Assembly (NCBI RefSeq): GCF_003019035.1
Contig: NZ_CP027447.1
Length of the DNA stretch: 64,000 nt
From: Escherichia coli
Lineage (GTDB): Bacteria > Pseudomonadota > Gammaproteobacteria > Enterobacterales > Enterobacteriaceae
Reading direction: 5' to 3' (one strand)
Part shown: in pieces, positions 10,486 through 20,495 of the stretch
Numbering within the stretch: the stretch's first letter is position 1
How the letters are laid out: every line of letters begins with the position of its first letter
The notes under the pieces: generated by a model
Databases searched by the model: none
The model's input: only the letters and a program-made list of their open reading frames with translations
What the model was told of the DNA's origin: nothing
Made by a program: the position numbers and the translations under genes

Positions 10486-13241
10486 AAAACCGTTTCATCT
10501 TCTGTGACGGACTCGTCGTCCAGAGCATCTTCCACATCTGCTGTGAACGTGCCGTCTGCCGCCGACAGCCGAATCCGGGCAATCGCCGTGTTGGCTGCCA
10601 TCTTCTGCAACAGCAGCAGGGAGAGCGGCGGCAGCATGTCGCCGTCAATGACCGATTCGAGCATCCTCGCGCCGTTTTCCGCTCGGGTGACGCGGCTCAT
10701 GATTTCGTCCGTCACTTCCGGCTCAATAATCACTTCCGCGCCAAAGCGACTGCGCAGCACGTTATCCAGACGGGTGAGTTTCCCGGCAATAATGGTGGCG
10801 AGCGTCTCTTTCGACAACGGCAGGTACGGCACCACTTCCATACGCGCCAGCAGGGCAGGTTTAAAGAAGTCCGCCAGCACCGGATAGAGGGCTTCCTGCA
10901 TGGTCTCCGGGTCATCGGCGTGTTCGACAATCACCTGGTAGCCAAGGTTGGAGGTGAGGAAGAAGACGATGTTTTTACAGTCAATCAGGCGACCTTCGCC
11001 GTCTGCCATCTCGCCCTTGTCAAACGCCTGGTAGAACAGGTTGAGGACATCCGGGTGCGCTTTTTCCACTTCATCGAGTAGCACCACCGAGTACGGTTTC
11101 TGGCGAATCGCTTCGGTCAGCACGCCGCCTTCGCCATAGCCAACGTAGCCCGGAGGCGAACCAATCAGGCGTGAAACGGTGTGTTTCTCCTGGAACTCGG
11201 ACATATTAATGGTGGTCAGGTACTGGCGACCGCCGTAGAGCAGTTCTGCCAGTTGCAGAACGGTTTCGGTTTTACCCACGCCGCTGGGGCCAGCCAGCAG
11301 GAACGCGCCGAGCGGGCGTCCCGGGCGGCGCAGGTCGGCGCGTGCAGTCAGCAGATGCTTATGCAGGCTGGCAATCGCCAGATCCTGGCCTTTGATGGTG
11401 TCGCCCAGCCATTTCGGCAGGTCGGTGATGACCGACATTTCATTCTGCGACAGGCGGTTAAGCGGAACGCCAGTCCATTCGGCAATCACCGCCGCAATCT
11501 GTTTTTTATCGACGTGCGGGGAGACCTGCAACCGGTCGTTATGCAGGGCGTCCAGTTCGGCAGTAAGCTGTGCCAGCCGTTGTACCGGGGAAACTGTTTC
11601 AGCGGTCTCTTCCGGCTGTTCGCTGCCAGCTTCATCAGCCGGTTCGGCATCGGTATTATCCTGTTCTGCCTCAGACGGCGTATCCTCCGCGGCATCTGCG
11701 TCCGGCAACGACGCCGCATCGTCTTCTGCCATACCCAGTAACTGCTGGCGCAGCGCGATAATTTCCTGTACCAGCGTCTGTTGCTGATGCCAGGCGGCTT
11801 CCAGTTCGTCCAGCGCCGTCAGCGTTTCATCATACTGCACCAGCACCTCCGTCATCCGTGAGGTGTCGGTACGCAGCCCGATGCGAAGCTCGCGCTCAAG
11901 CTGGCGAATTTCCGCCTCCTGCTGGTGGCTCAGGGTGGTCAGCGCCGAGATTTGCTTCGGTGGCGATGAAAGGTTAATGGCCACGCGGGCGCAGGCCGTA
12001 TCCAGCACATCAATGGCTTTGTCCGGCAACTGACGTCCGGAGAGATAACGCTCGCTTAATGTCGCAGCGGCCTGCAAGGCATCATCGTCAATCAGGACGC
12101 CGTGAGACTGTTCATAGACCGCCGACAGACCACGCAGAATAATGGTGGCTTCGGCGGCACTGGGTTCGCTGACCTTCACCAACTGGAAGCGGCGCGACAG
12201 GGCGGCATCTTTCTCGAAGTATTTTTTGTACTCGCTCCAGGTGGTGGCGGCGATGGTTTTCAGCTCGCCGCGCGCCAGTGCCGGTTTGAGCAGGTTGGAG
12301 ATATCCAGCCCGCCCTGCTGGTTGCCCGCCCCAATCAGGGTATGCGCTTCGTCGATAAACAGAATGACCGGCACCGGGGAGGATATGACCTCCGCCATCA
12401 GCCCCTTGAAGCGTTTTTCAAACTCACCTTTCACCGATGCCCCGGCCTGCAATGCACCCAGGTCAAGGGTCATAATGTCGGTGTTTTTCAGTTTGTCCGG
12501 CACCTGGCCTGCCACGATGCGCAGCGCCAGCCCTTCAATCAGCGCGCTTTTACCCACACCCGCTTCACCCACCACCACCGGATTGTTTTTACGACGGCGG
12601 CAGAGAATGTCGATCATCAGGTCGATTTCGTGGTCGCGGCACAGTACCGGATCAAGCCTGCCGTTACGGGCATCTTCGGTCATGTTTTTGGCGTAGCGGG
12701 CAAGCAGGGTGTCAGCAGCGTCCGTCAGTGTGCCTGCGCCTTTACCGTCTGCATCCGGCACGACTGATTCCGCCGACTCCTGTGTCCACTGCACAAAGTC
12801 CTGCTGCAGACGGTCACGGTTAATGCCGGTCAACAGCCGGGCGGCAGCAGGCGGTATATAACGCAGCGGCGAATGCAGCAGGGCCAGCAGCAACACGCCG
12901 CCGCGCAGTTCGCTGTGCTGCATCTCAGCCGACGCCAGCAGCCAGCCCTCTTTCAGCCACTCAACCAGCATCGGGGAAAACGCCGGGTAGCTGTCCGCAG
13001 AACGGGCGGTTGTGTAGTTCTCCACCGTCAGTGCCAGGCGCAACTCTTCCATGCCAATATCGCCCTGGCGGGTAATAACCCGCAGGTCACTGCGTGGCAT
13101 GGCGAGCATCTGAATAAGCACATGGCTGACGGTAATTTCCGCTGCCTGCTGGCTCATACATTCAGAGGCGGCCATCTCCAGCGCCTGGCGGGAGAACAGG
13201 TTAAGCCGTTTTACCAGCGTGGGAAGATCAATCTGGATCAT
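10482..13241 (-). CDS. clpV: T6SS AAA+ ATPase ClpV (TssH)
   Basis: Two AAA+ modules (Walker A GEAGVGKS and GPSGVGKT), ClpB-like middle region; start set at MIQIDLPTLVKRLN to avoid overlap with tssL. Confidence 0.9.
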   Translation of the reverse strand: MIQIDLPTLVKRLNLFSRQALEMAASECMSQQAAEITVSHVLIQMLAMPRSDLRVITRQGDIGMEELRLALTVENYTTARSADSYPAFSPMLVEWLKEGWLLASAEMQHSELRGGVLLLALLHSPLRYIPPAAARLLTGINRDRLQQDFVQWTQESAESVVPDADGKGAGTLTDAADTLLARYAKNMTEDARNGRLDPVLCRDHEIDLMIDILCRRRKNNPVVVGEAGVGKSALIEGLALRIVAGQVPDKLKNTDIMTLDLGALQAGASVKGEFEKRFKGLMAEVISSPVPVILFIDEAHTLIGAGNQQGGLDISNLLKPALARGELKTIAATTWSEYKKYFEKDAALSRRFQLVKVSEPSAAEATIILRGLSAVYEQSHGVLIDDDALQAAATLSERYLSGRQLPDKAIDVLDTACARVAINLSSPPKQISALTTLSHQQEAEIRQLERELRIGLRTDTSRMTEVLVQYDETLTALDELEAAWHQQQTLVQEIIALRQQLLGMAEDDAASLPDADAAEDTPSEAEQDNTDAEPADEAGSEQPEETAETVSPVQRLAQLTAELDALHNDRLQVSPHVDKKQIAAVIAEWTGVPLNRLSQNEMSVITDLPKWLGDTIKGQDLAIASLHKHLLTARADLRRPGRPLGAFLLAGPSGVGKTETVLQLAELLYGGRQYLTTINMSEFQEKHTVSRLIGSPPGYVGYGEGGVLTEAIRQKPYSVVLLDEVEKAHPDVLNLFYQAFDKGEMADGEGRLIDCKNIVFFLTSNLGYQVIVEHADDPETMQEALYPVLADFFKPALLARMEVVPYLPLSKETLATIIAGKLTRLDNVLRSRFGAEVIIEPEVTDEIMSRVTRAENGARMLESVIDGDMLPPLSLLLLQKMAANTAIARIRLSAADGTFTADVEDALDDESVTEDETVL

Positions 13242-13249
13242 AAACGTCC

Positions 13250-14011
13250 TTATCGAAGTAATTTGTTTAGCTGGTGCAGGATGTCCTGCGTCTGGCTGTC
13301 CAGCCGCAACAGATAGAACAGGTAAAACAACGCCAGCACGACAACGCCACCACAAAAAATATGTTTAATGGTCAGGTGACTGATGAGCTGATAACGCCCG
13401 CCCTGGTTTTTTTTGTCCTGGTGTAACAGCGGGAAAGGGGCATCGCCGCGTAGTTTATGCAGGACGTGGTACAGGCGGCGGTAGATCTGCTCAAATTCTC
13501 CCTGATCCTGTGCTGCCACTTTGTAGCGCCCGCGAAATCCCAGAGAAAAACAGAGCCAGAGAAATTCCAGCAGATCCTGGTAACGTTTGGGTTCACGGAT
13601 CAGGCGCTCCAGCAGGATGAAAACTTTCTCGCCACCCCAGGCTTCGTTGTGGAAATGGACCAGCAATGACTGCTTGATCCACTCGTTCTTGTTCGACCAG
13701 CCGTTACCGAGCGCCGCTTCATCAATAAACGTGCAGAGGATGTAGCGAAACGAGATAATCACGCCCGGTTCGTAGCCCTGCTCCTGAAGCAGTTGCTCCA
13801 CGGCCTGAACATCCGTCACCACCTGAGCAAAAAGATGCTCCGGCATCGTCTGGCTGTTCATGGTTGAAAGGCGCATCACCATACCGAGGAGCGGCGTGGC
13901 TGCGTCGATCATCGGATTCAGGCTGTTGCCACGAAGCGCGAGATGGTAGTCGCGCTGGCCTTTTTCGTCGTGTCCGATAAATGGTGGCAGAGACAGTGAC
14001 TCCTCATCCAT
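13250..14011 (-). CDS. tssL: T6SS membrane protein TssL (DotU-like), no periplasmic peptidoglycan-binding extension
   Basis: 253-aa ORF, cytoplasmic DotU-like domain and a single C-terminal TM helix (VVVLALFYLFYLL) ending shortly after. Confidence 0.8.
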   Translation of the reverse strand: MDEESLSLPPFIGHDEKGQRDYHLALRGNSLNPMIDAATPLLGMVMRLSTMNSQTMPEHLFAQVVTDVQAVEQLLQEQGYEPGVIISFRYILCTFIDEAALGNGWSNKNEWIKQSLLVHFHNEAWGGEKVFILLERLIREPKRYQDLLEFLWLCFSLGFRGRYKVAAQDQGEFEQIYRRLYHVLHKLRGDAPFPLLHQDKKNQGGRYQLISHLTIKHIFCGGVVVLALFYLFYLLRLDSQTQDILHQLNKLLR

Positions 14012-14015
14012 CGTC

Positions 14016-15347
14016 TTACCCTCTTATAGCCCACAGTTGCATATTCAGGTCCGGAAAACTGCCGGAGACATGCAGTGCAACGGCCCCGGCGGCAGCTATT
14101 TCAGCCCAGGCCTGGCCGCTTTTGTCGAGTTCGAAATAGCTGAACCCGGAATGGTAGGGAAGCTGGCGGGGAGCCACCATCAGTGCACGCAGAGGAATAC
14201 CGGGGATCTGCACACTGACCATATTGCGGATTTTTTCCGGCGAGGAAATTTTCGACTGCTGGATAAACTGGCGCTGGATCTGATCGACCGGCATGTTTGC
14301 CGCCACGGCCAGCACAAAGGTGGCAGATTGCAGCAGTTCTGTGTCATGGATATCGGCCTGCCAGATACCGTCACGCAGATGCAGCGGCAGATTGACGGCT
14401 CTTGGCGACAGTACGGTATGCAGCGCCCGTTTGACTTCCGGTAACAGCGTTTTAAATGTTTTGGTCAGGTCATGATGATCATACACATCAAGCGGGCAGG
14501 GCAGGCGCGACGGCTCGGTAAAGGTCATCAGTTCACCCAGCAACCCCGCAAGATCAAGGTAGAAATCTTCCGGGTGGAGCTGGGATCGACGAGCGCGATG
14601 GGTAAACCGGGTCTGGTTACGGTTAAGTAACTGCAACATCATAAATTCCGCCACATCCGCGATGCCGCTCTGCGCCGGAGAGCCAATGCGGTTTGCCAGA
14701 TCGCTTGCCCGTCCGCCAATGGCCCCCTGTACCTCTTTGAGATAAACACGCAGTTTCTTACTGACCTGAATATTCTGGCAGGAGGGGATAAAATCGTCAT
14801 CCAGCGTCAGGGAGCCGTCGGCATGGCGATCGCTGATACGGCAAAGCGGGAGCGTAATATAGGCGCTCATATCTTCTGCACCGCTCATAATGCGCGGCGT
14901 AAGTTGACCCAGCGTCAGTGTTCGCGCGTCACCTTCTTCTGAATGCAAATCCCGGACATCGGCATAATTCAGCCGGTAACGCCCGATTCGCCGCCCGTCG
15001 CTGATTTCATTTCTCACATCACTGGCGACCGGCAGAGCGAGGTAAATATTGCGGCTTCTTTCGTCCGGAAAATTTTGCGGGTGCAGCGGATCGGGCAGTG
15101 CGTCCTGGTCGGGGATAGAAAAGACGGTGCCGTCGGGCAGTGTGCCTGACGCGCTGTCAATCATGATCTTACCCTGCGCCAGCAGTTCATTGTTGAGGGT
15201 GAGTTCGGTAAATCCCCAGGATAAATCATTCATGGCCCGGAAACGCTGGTTATCCAGGTAGTCGTTGTAACGCTGCTGTTGCTGGAAATGGTGTGGGCGC
15301 ATCAGCATCCCTTCCTGCCACATCACCTTGTTGCGGGTGGTTGCCAT
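14016..15347 (-). CDS. tssK: T6SS baseplate protein TssK
   Basis: 443-aa ORF starting MATTRNKVMWQEGMLMRPHHFQQ, characteristic TssK N-terminus; operon position. Confidence 0.8.
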   Translation of the reverse strand: MATTRNKVMWQEGMLMRPHHFQQQQRYNDYLDNQRFRAMNDLSWGFTELTLNNELLAQGKIMIDSASGTLPDGTVFSIPDQDALPDPLHPQNFPDERSRNIYLALPVASDVRNEISDGRRIGRYRLNYADVRDLHSEEGDARTLTLGQLTPRIMSGAEDMSAYITLPLCRISDRHADGSLTLDDDFIPSCQNIQVSKKLRVYLKEVQGAIGGRASDLANRIGSPAQSGIADVAEFMMLQLLNRNQTRFTHRARRSQLHPEDFYLDLAGLLGELMTFTEPSRLPCPLDVYDHHDLTKTFKTLLPEVKRALHTVLSPRAVNLPLHLRDGIWQADIHDTELLQSATFVLAVAANMPVDQIQRQFIQQSKISSPEKIRNMVSVQIPGIPLRALMVAPRQLPYHSGFSYFELDKSGQAWAEIAAAGAVALHVSGSFPDLNMQLWAIRG

Positions 15348-15349
15348 AA

Positions 15350-15874
15350 TTATTCATCCTCTTTTTTCATTTCGATGCTGCTTTGACGTACATGCACCAG
15401 CAGGCGGTAATGGTGGCCGGTTCCTTCCACCGTCTCGATTTGTTTCCATTCAGTGGCCTGGTCATCGGAGAAATAGGCCACGACACCAATAAACTGCGTT
15501 TTCTCATCCAGCTTTACCGGCGGCAGGGTTTTGATGGTGTCCGGCAACAGGTTGAAATCCTGGTGGTCGATATAGTTTTTACCCAGCACATCCGGTAGCG
15601 GCGTACTGGCTATCTGGTCATAGTCGGCTGCCAGCAATTTTGAGTCGTCAGTCAGGTACACCAGTTGCACATCCACGGCGGCTGATTCACCCTCCGCATT
15701 GGTATTGGTGTCCGGTTCGGTCAGCAGGGTGACGGTTATTTCCGAAGGTTGCTCCTTCAGGCTCCCGACCTGGATATCCGGGTTTTTGATCACCTCACTG
15801 ATTTTTTTCGCCGTTTCGCAGCCGGTTAATATGACGCACATCAGCACGCAGGCCAGAAACGCCTTCCTGTTCAT
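15350..15874 (-). CDS. tssJ: T6SS outer-membrane lipoprotein TssJ
   Basis: 174-aa ORF with lipoprotein signal (CVILTGCETA). Confidence 0.8.
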   Translation of the reverse strand: MNRKAFLACVLMCVILTGCETAKKISEVIKNPDIQVGSLKEQPSEITVTLLTEPDTNTNAEGESAAVDVQLVYLTDDSKLLAADYDQIASTPLPDVLGKNYIDHQDFNLLPDTIKTLPPVKLDEKTQFIGVVAYFSDDQATEWKQIETVEGTGHHYRLLVHVRQSSIEMKKEDE

Positions 15875-17172
15875 GCTTCCGGCTCCCGCTGTTTTTCACG
15901 AAGCACCCGGTCATAGACCTGGGCGTAGACCTCGTTAAACAGCATCTCAAACCCCTGCTGGCGATCGGAGGCCAGCTCTTCGTAATAATGGCTGTACATT
16001 TGCCATGCTCCGGCATCATCCAGCGGCTGGCGCAGTTCATGGCTGCGGCGGTACTGCACAAAGCGGCGCAGCAGATTTTGTGGTGAGAAGGCGTCCAGCA
16101 GGACACGAAGCGACTCCACAATCGCCGCCCGGTTAGCTTCTTCGTGGTGGCGGACATTGCGCAGGCTTTCACTGACAGCGGCGGGAGCCGCCAGATGTAC
16201 CGGACTTTTACCTTCGGCAAACATCACGTCGAGCGCGGTGGCGTAATCCATGTTCAGGCGCAGCGGGTTATCTTCCAGCGGGCGCAAATGTTTGTCTGAG
16301 AGGCTGTTACGCTGCTGCTGCAAATCAAGCAGACCTTTTATTGCGGCCTGTAACGTGCGTCCGGCCTCCTCCAGAAAATCATCCGCATCGTCGGAATTGC
16401 TCACGGTAAGCGAGCCGCCAAGACCGCGCAGTAAGGGGGTGACCGCAAGGTGGCGTTGCGCCATTTCTGCCACAGAGACGTCATCATTACGCTCGCCGGG
16501 GCTGGCATAAATGGGCGGCAGATCCATAAACGGCGTATTGATCCCCCCATTACTTGCCGGATCGGACAGCGGTGCCGATGGCCGGACAGCCGCAATGCCT
16601 GAAAGCGGATCGCCCGCGGTAATCAGGCTTTCGGACTGAAGTGCCTGGAGTGGATCGGCAGAAAAACCGTTTACCACGGTGTCTGCAAGCTGATGCCGGT
16701 GAGTCATTCCCGGATAGTGTGGCGCACCCTCCGTTGACAGCAGGGTATCCGTGAGCATATCGCGATTGGTGACGATGGTTTCGGGAGTGGCCATTTCCTC
16801 ATCGTAATGGGGGATATCTCCCCGGTTCAGATGAACCCTCACCATCAGACGCCCTATCTGGATCTCATCGCCCTGGCGCAGCTGTATCAGGTCTGATGTT
16901 GCTGTGACTTTTGCCTGGTTCAGCCACAGTTGTGCCGTCTGCGGGCGCAGACAAAATGTGCCATCGTGCAGGATAACGGTAAAGGCCTGAGCCGGAATGC
17001 TCTGCTGACGATCCTGTACCGACCAGTGGCATTCGGGGCCATGGCCGACATTTCCCTGCTGCGTGAACAGACAGCGCGCCGCCCGCCCGCTTTCCAGCTC
17101 ACTGCCGTTAATGACCTGCAATGAAAGCGTCTGTAGTTTCTCTTCCGGCATATTCTGCTCCGTGATTATCAT
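15871..17172 (-). CDS. tagH: FHA-domain T6SS accessory protein (TagH/Fha-like)
   Basis: 433-aa ORF; N-terminal region with FHA-like pattern (GR...G...DG.F.L...LWLNQ...L.QGDEIQIGR); operon position between tssG and tssJ. Confidence 0.5.
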   Translation of the reverse strand: MIITEQNMPEEKLQTLSLQVINGSELESGRAARCLFTQQGNVGHGPECHWSVQDRQQSIPAQAFTVILHDGTFCLRPQTAQLWLNQAKVTATSDLIQLRQGDEIQIGRLMVRVHLNRGDIPHYDEEMATPETIVTNRDMLTDTLLSTEGAPHYPGMTHRHQLADTVVNGFSADPLQALQSESLITAGDPLSGIAAVRPSAPLSDPASNGGINTPFMDLPPIYASPGERNDDVSVAEMAQRHLAVTPLLRGLGGSLTVSNSDDADDFLEEAGRTLQAAIKGLLDLQQQRNSLSDKHLRPLEDNPLRLNMDYATALDVMFAEGKSPVHLAAPAAVSESLRNVRHHEEANRAAIVESLRVLLDAFSPQNLLRRFVQYRRSHELRQPLDDAGAWQMYSHYYEELASDRQQGFEMLFNEVYAQVYDRVLREKQREPEA

Positions 17173-17175
17173 AAT

Positions 17176-18264
17176 TTACGACCGTACCCTGATGGTGACT
17201 GAGGGTCGTTCTTCCGGTGTGCCGAGGAAGCTGGTCCAGCCCAGCAGCGCACTTTTGTTATCGCCCAGGCGCATTGCGCCCACCTGCTCCGGTGCCAGCC
17301 CCAGATGTAAGTCCCAGGCAAGCTGATCGCGCAGGATGAAGGACACAAACATCGTCAGTGGCAGGAAGTTTTCGCCGGACGGCAGAAAAGAGAGGAGCTG
17401 TTTTCGGGTCAGGCTGGTAATACTGAGCTGGAATTTTCCGCTGAGATCGGGCACCCGTGTACCCAGAACAAAGTTGCCCAGTACCGATCTTCCGGCCAGT
17501 TTTTCGCCATTTTTAAGGGAATAGCTCCCCAGGCTGTTTTGCTGATCCGGTTCAATATCCACCTTGCGACGTTGCCAGTTTTGCAGCGTCACGTCTGACA
17601 AGTCAAAACAGTGTGACACCAGGCCGCAGATGATTTCCGGGGATCGTCCCGGATTTGCCAGGATCCCGGAATACGCCAGCATTTTGCTGTGATTAATCGC
17701 CAGCTTATCGCGAAGCTGGCGGTGGCCCAGCCCGACAAGGGAGTACATGCGCTGCGAGAACGCATCCACACCGCCGTTACGAAAACTGATGTGATAGCGG
17801 TACTTACGCCAGATATGCCAGACAAACTGGGTCAGGCGGTGGCTGAACATATCCAGAAAATCGCCTACCGGACTTTGTTCATGTACCGCTTTCCAGGCCA
17901 GGTGATCCAGGTAATAACCGGGGAGAGGCGACTGGCTCCCCTGTAACCCCATAAAGGTGGTGGTCATCCTGAATGCCCCTGACGTATCCCGTTTCAGCCC
18001 ACTGATATCACTGCACGGGAAGGCAAGGCTGGCATCGGCGCTGAAACGCAGGGTTTCCTGTGCCGGATCATCGCGCAGGGATAATTCCGGTGTCCCCTTT
18101 TCACCCTGTGCCAGGCGGTGCAACAGCTCCGCCATCGCAAAAAAATTGTAAGAGCAGGCGTTATGGAAAACCTGTGCCAGCGGATCATTCTGCTCTTTAT
18201 CTGCCGGGGGATGTCCCGGACTCAGATAAGAGGATGCTGCCCGGTTCTTTCCGTCCATTTCCAT
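17176..18264 (-). CDS. tssG: T6SS baseplate protein TssG
   Basis: 362-aa ORF directly downstream of tssF with short overlap, typical tssF-tssG coupling. Confidence 0.75.
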   Translation of the reverse strand: MEMDGKNRAASSYLSPGHPPADKEQNDPLAQVFHNACSYNFFAMAELLHRLAQGEKGTPELSLRDDPAQETLRFSADASLAFPCSDISGLKRDTSGAFRMTTTFMGLQGSQSPLPGYYLDHLAWKAVHEQSPVGDFLDMFSHRLTQFVWHIWRKYRYHISFRNGGVDAFSQRMYSLVGLGHRQLRDKLAINHSKMLAYSGILANPGRSPEIICGLVSHCFDLSDVTLQNWQRRKVDIEPDQQNSLGSYSLKNGEKLAGRSVLGNFVLGTRVPDLSGKFQLSITSLTRKQLLSFLPSGENFLPLTMFVSFILRDQLAWDLHLGLAPEQVGAMRLGDNKSALLGWTSFLGTPEERPSVTIRVRS

Positions 18265-20072
18265 GTCTCCTGGCTTTCTGTGTTCACAACGGTCAGCATG
18301 TGGAATGAGTTAACGCTGGCGTACAGCGACAGAAAATGCGAAAGCACCGTACCGAGCAGATACATTTCCCCTTCACAGACAAACGGCTCCGGGTGCAGAT
18401 ACAGCGTGGAGGCCAGCCCCCGGACGGGAATGCCCGTAAACAGGCGATCGACAGGGCGGGTCTCCAGACGCTCAATGGCATCCAGCTTTTGTTGTGACAG
18501 CCGCGCCGTCTGCGGATGATGGATTGCGTGGCGATCAAAGTTGGCGATGACCTGCTTCAGCGCGTCCGTATCTAGTAATGACAGATAATTCAGGTTCATG
18601 GCGGAGAGCAGGGACCAGTGCAGGCTGCCATCAATGACCGGCCAGAGCGGTTGCGTCGGGCGGGTAATGTTGCGAAATGAAGCAACAGCCGCATTTTTAC
18701 CGGTTGTGCCGGTGATATCGCCGGAACGAATTTGTGACGGAAGCTCACGGTTGGTACAGGTCAGCGATACCGAAACCACTTCATTACTGAGCAGCGATTC
18801 GTCTGACGGATAACTGCCATCAGCATGTATAAAAGCAAGGGTATGATCAAAGCCGCGATGGAACAGGGATGTTTTGGTCCGGTGATGCCAGTACACCACT
18901 TCCCGCTTCCGGCTGTATTCCATCTGATGGCTGAAACTTTCAAAGGCAGGCCACTGGCGCGCGGCCTGCGTCGAAACAGGACGCCCCAGATCTTTTTTCC
19001 TGAACATATCCTGCACCTGGCTCACCACGCCGTTAACGGAAAAGACATCGTAATGTTCCGGATAGTGGCGGCTGGGAACCAGCGGATAGTCTGCCCGCCG
19101 GTTGTCCAGCGTGATGGCTTCTGCATGGTGGATAAATAAATTAATGGCAGGTGCGCAATACAGGCGCAGAGAATCGCGGCGCAGCCGGATGTCCACGGGC
19201 AATGGGCGCGAAAAACGCAGTTGCAGGGTAAAGGATTCAGCCTGCAATCCGTCAGGCAACGCCGGGCAACCACAAAGATCAAAAAAGAGAAACGCATCCG
19301 GGTAACAGAAATACTCCTGAAGGATCCGGTAGCCGCTGTGGACGTTTTTCGGCCAGGGCAGCATGGCATCCTGCGGCTCAAAACCGACAGCTTTCAGCAT
19401 AAACTCAGGCAGGCGAATATGCTGTTCACCCACAGTCAGGTCGGCACCCTGCAAGTATTCACAGAACCATAAATAAAGCTGGTCACGGGTATAGTTGTCG
19501 TCATTGCCGAGCCAGAAGCGAAGTTTGTTCAGATCCAGCGTGCGGAAGTCCGTTCCCGGTGCGACCGAAAAGGTGATGTTGATAACACCATTACGGGTCG
19601 TACTGCGGTTTTCAATCTGCTCCAGGCGAACGGGCAGCAGCCAGATATCCCGGCAGAGGGTGAAGGTACAGGGAGGCGGCTCCTCCTTTTTAGCATCGGA
19701 GGGCAGCACTTCATCGACTCTAATTTCCCCGGCGTTGGTTGTAAACTGCTCATTACGGGGGATTAACACCGGCACAGAAGACTTATCCATATCCGGCGTA
19801 TATTCAATAAGGGTCATTGCCGGAACCGGACGCAGGTAATTAGGCCACAGCATCTTAATAAGCCCGTGCGTCAGTTCTGGGAATTCATCCTCAATTTTCT
19901 GGCGGAGATTGCCGGTAAGAAAAGCCACGCCTTCCAGCAGGCGTTCAATATCCGGATCCGCATCTTTTTCGGCCAGGAAGCGGGCCAGATGGGGTTTTTC
20001 CGTTGCCAGCAGCTTGCTGAGCTGGCGCAGGTAATCGAGTTCTTCCCGGAAATAGCGTTCTTCAAATTCCAT
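18222..20072 (-). CDS. tssF: T6SS baseplate protein TssF
   Basis: 616-aa ORF starting MEFEERYFREELDYLRQL, typical TssF N-terminus. Confidence 0.8.
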   Translation of the reverse strand: MEFEERYFREELDYLRQLSKLLATEKPHLARFLAEKDADPDIERLLEGVAFLTGNLRQKIEDEFPELTHGLIKMLWPNYLRPVPAMTLIEYTPDMDKSSVPVLIPRNEQFTTNAGEIRVDEVLPSDAKKEEPPPCTFTLCRDIWLLPVRLEQIENRSTTRNGVINITFSVAPGTDFRTLDLNKLRFWLGNDDNYTRDQLYLWFCEYLQGADLTVGEQHIRLPEFMLKAVGFEPQDAMLPWPKNVHSGYRILQEYFCYPDAFLFFDLCGCPALPDGLQAESFTLQLRFSRPLPVDIRLRRDSLRLYCAPAINLFIHHAEAITLDNRRADYPLVPSRHYPEHYDVFSVNGVVSQVQDMFRKKDLGRPVSTQAARQWPAFESFSHQMEYSRKREVVYWHHRTKTSLFHRGFDHTLAFIHADGSYPSDESLLSNEVVSVSLTCTNRELPSQIRSGDITGTTGKNAAVASFRNITRPTQPLWPVIDGSLHWSLLSAMNLNYLSLLDTDALKQVIANFDRHAIHHPQTARLSQQKLDAIERLETRPVDRLFTGIPVRGLASTLYLHPEPFVCEGEMYLLGTVLSHFLSLYASVNSFHMLTVVNTESQETWKWTERTGQHPLI

Positions 20073-20075
20073 CTG

Positions 20076-20489
20076 TCAGTCCACCCGGTAATGCTGGCTG
20101 CCATTCGGTGCCATATCAAATTCAAGCACTTCATGCGTTTCGTTAAATGTCACCCAGGCTGTAATATGAAACGTCATATCCAGCGGGCTGGCGGCGGATG
20201 AAACCACAGCCTGCACTTCAGCGTGTGAGATCCGGGGTTCATAGCGTTCTATACATTGCGCGATGGCCCGACTCATTGATTGGCGGAAGTTTTCAGCCCC
20301 TTCCGGTTCATCAATGCCCAGTTCAGGCGCACCCCGGCAACTACCGGACCGGGTATTAAGAATGTTTCGCAGGTTCTGGCGAATGGACTGCCTGAGCGCA
20401 TGAATACTGCTTCCCTGCCGGTTTCTGGCCGGTGAGGCTTCCATACGCTCAAAAAGAGAACCTGTGGTTCTTTCCCGATCCGGTATCAT
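20076..20489 (-). CDS. tssE: T6SS baseplate protein TssE (gp25-like)
   Basis: 137-aa ORF between tssC and tssF; size and position typical of TssE. Confidence 0.8.
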   Translation of the reverse strand: MIPDRERTTGSLFERMEASPARNRQGSSIHALRQSIRQNLRNILNTRSGSCRGAPELGIDEPEGAENFRQSMSRAIAQCIERYEPRISHAEVQAVVSSAASPLDMTFHITAWVTFNETHEVLEFDMAPNGSQHYRVD

Positions 20490-20495
20490 GGCGTG

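Noticed and set aside
13242-13355. N-terminal extension of the clpV ORF overlapping tssL by about 100 bp; similar extensions at tagA, tssA, fadE, yafV, yafL, lfiR, lfiN and lfgB
   Set aside because: The ORF track reports the longest ORF including non-ATG starts; internal starts with RBSs give N-termini matching family expectations and avoid large overlaps.
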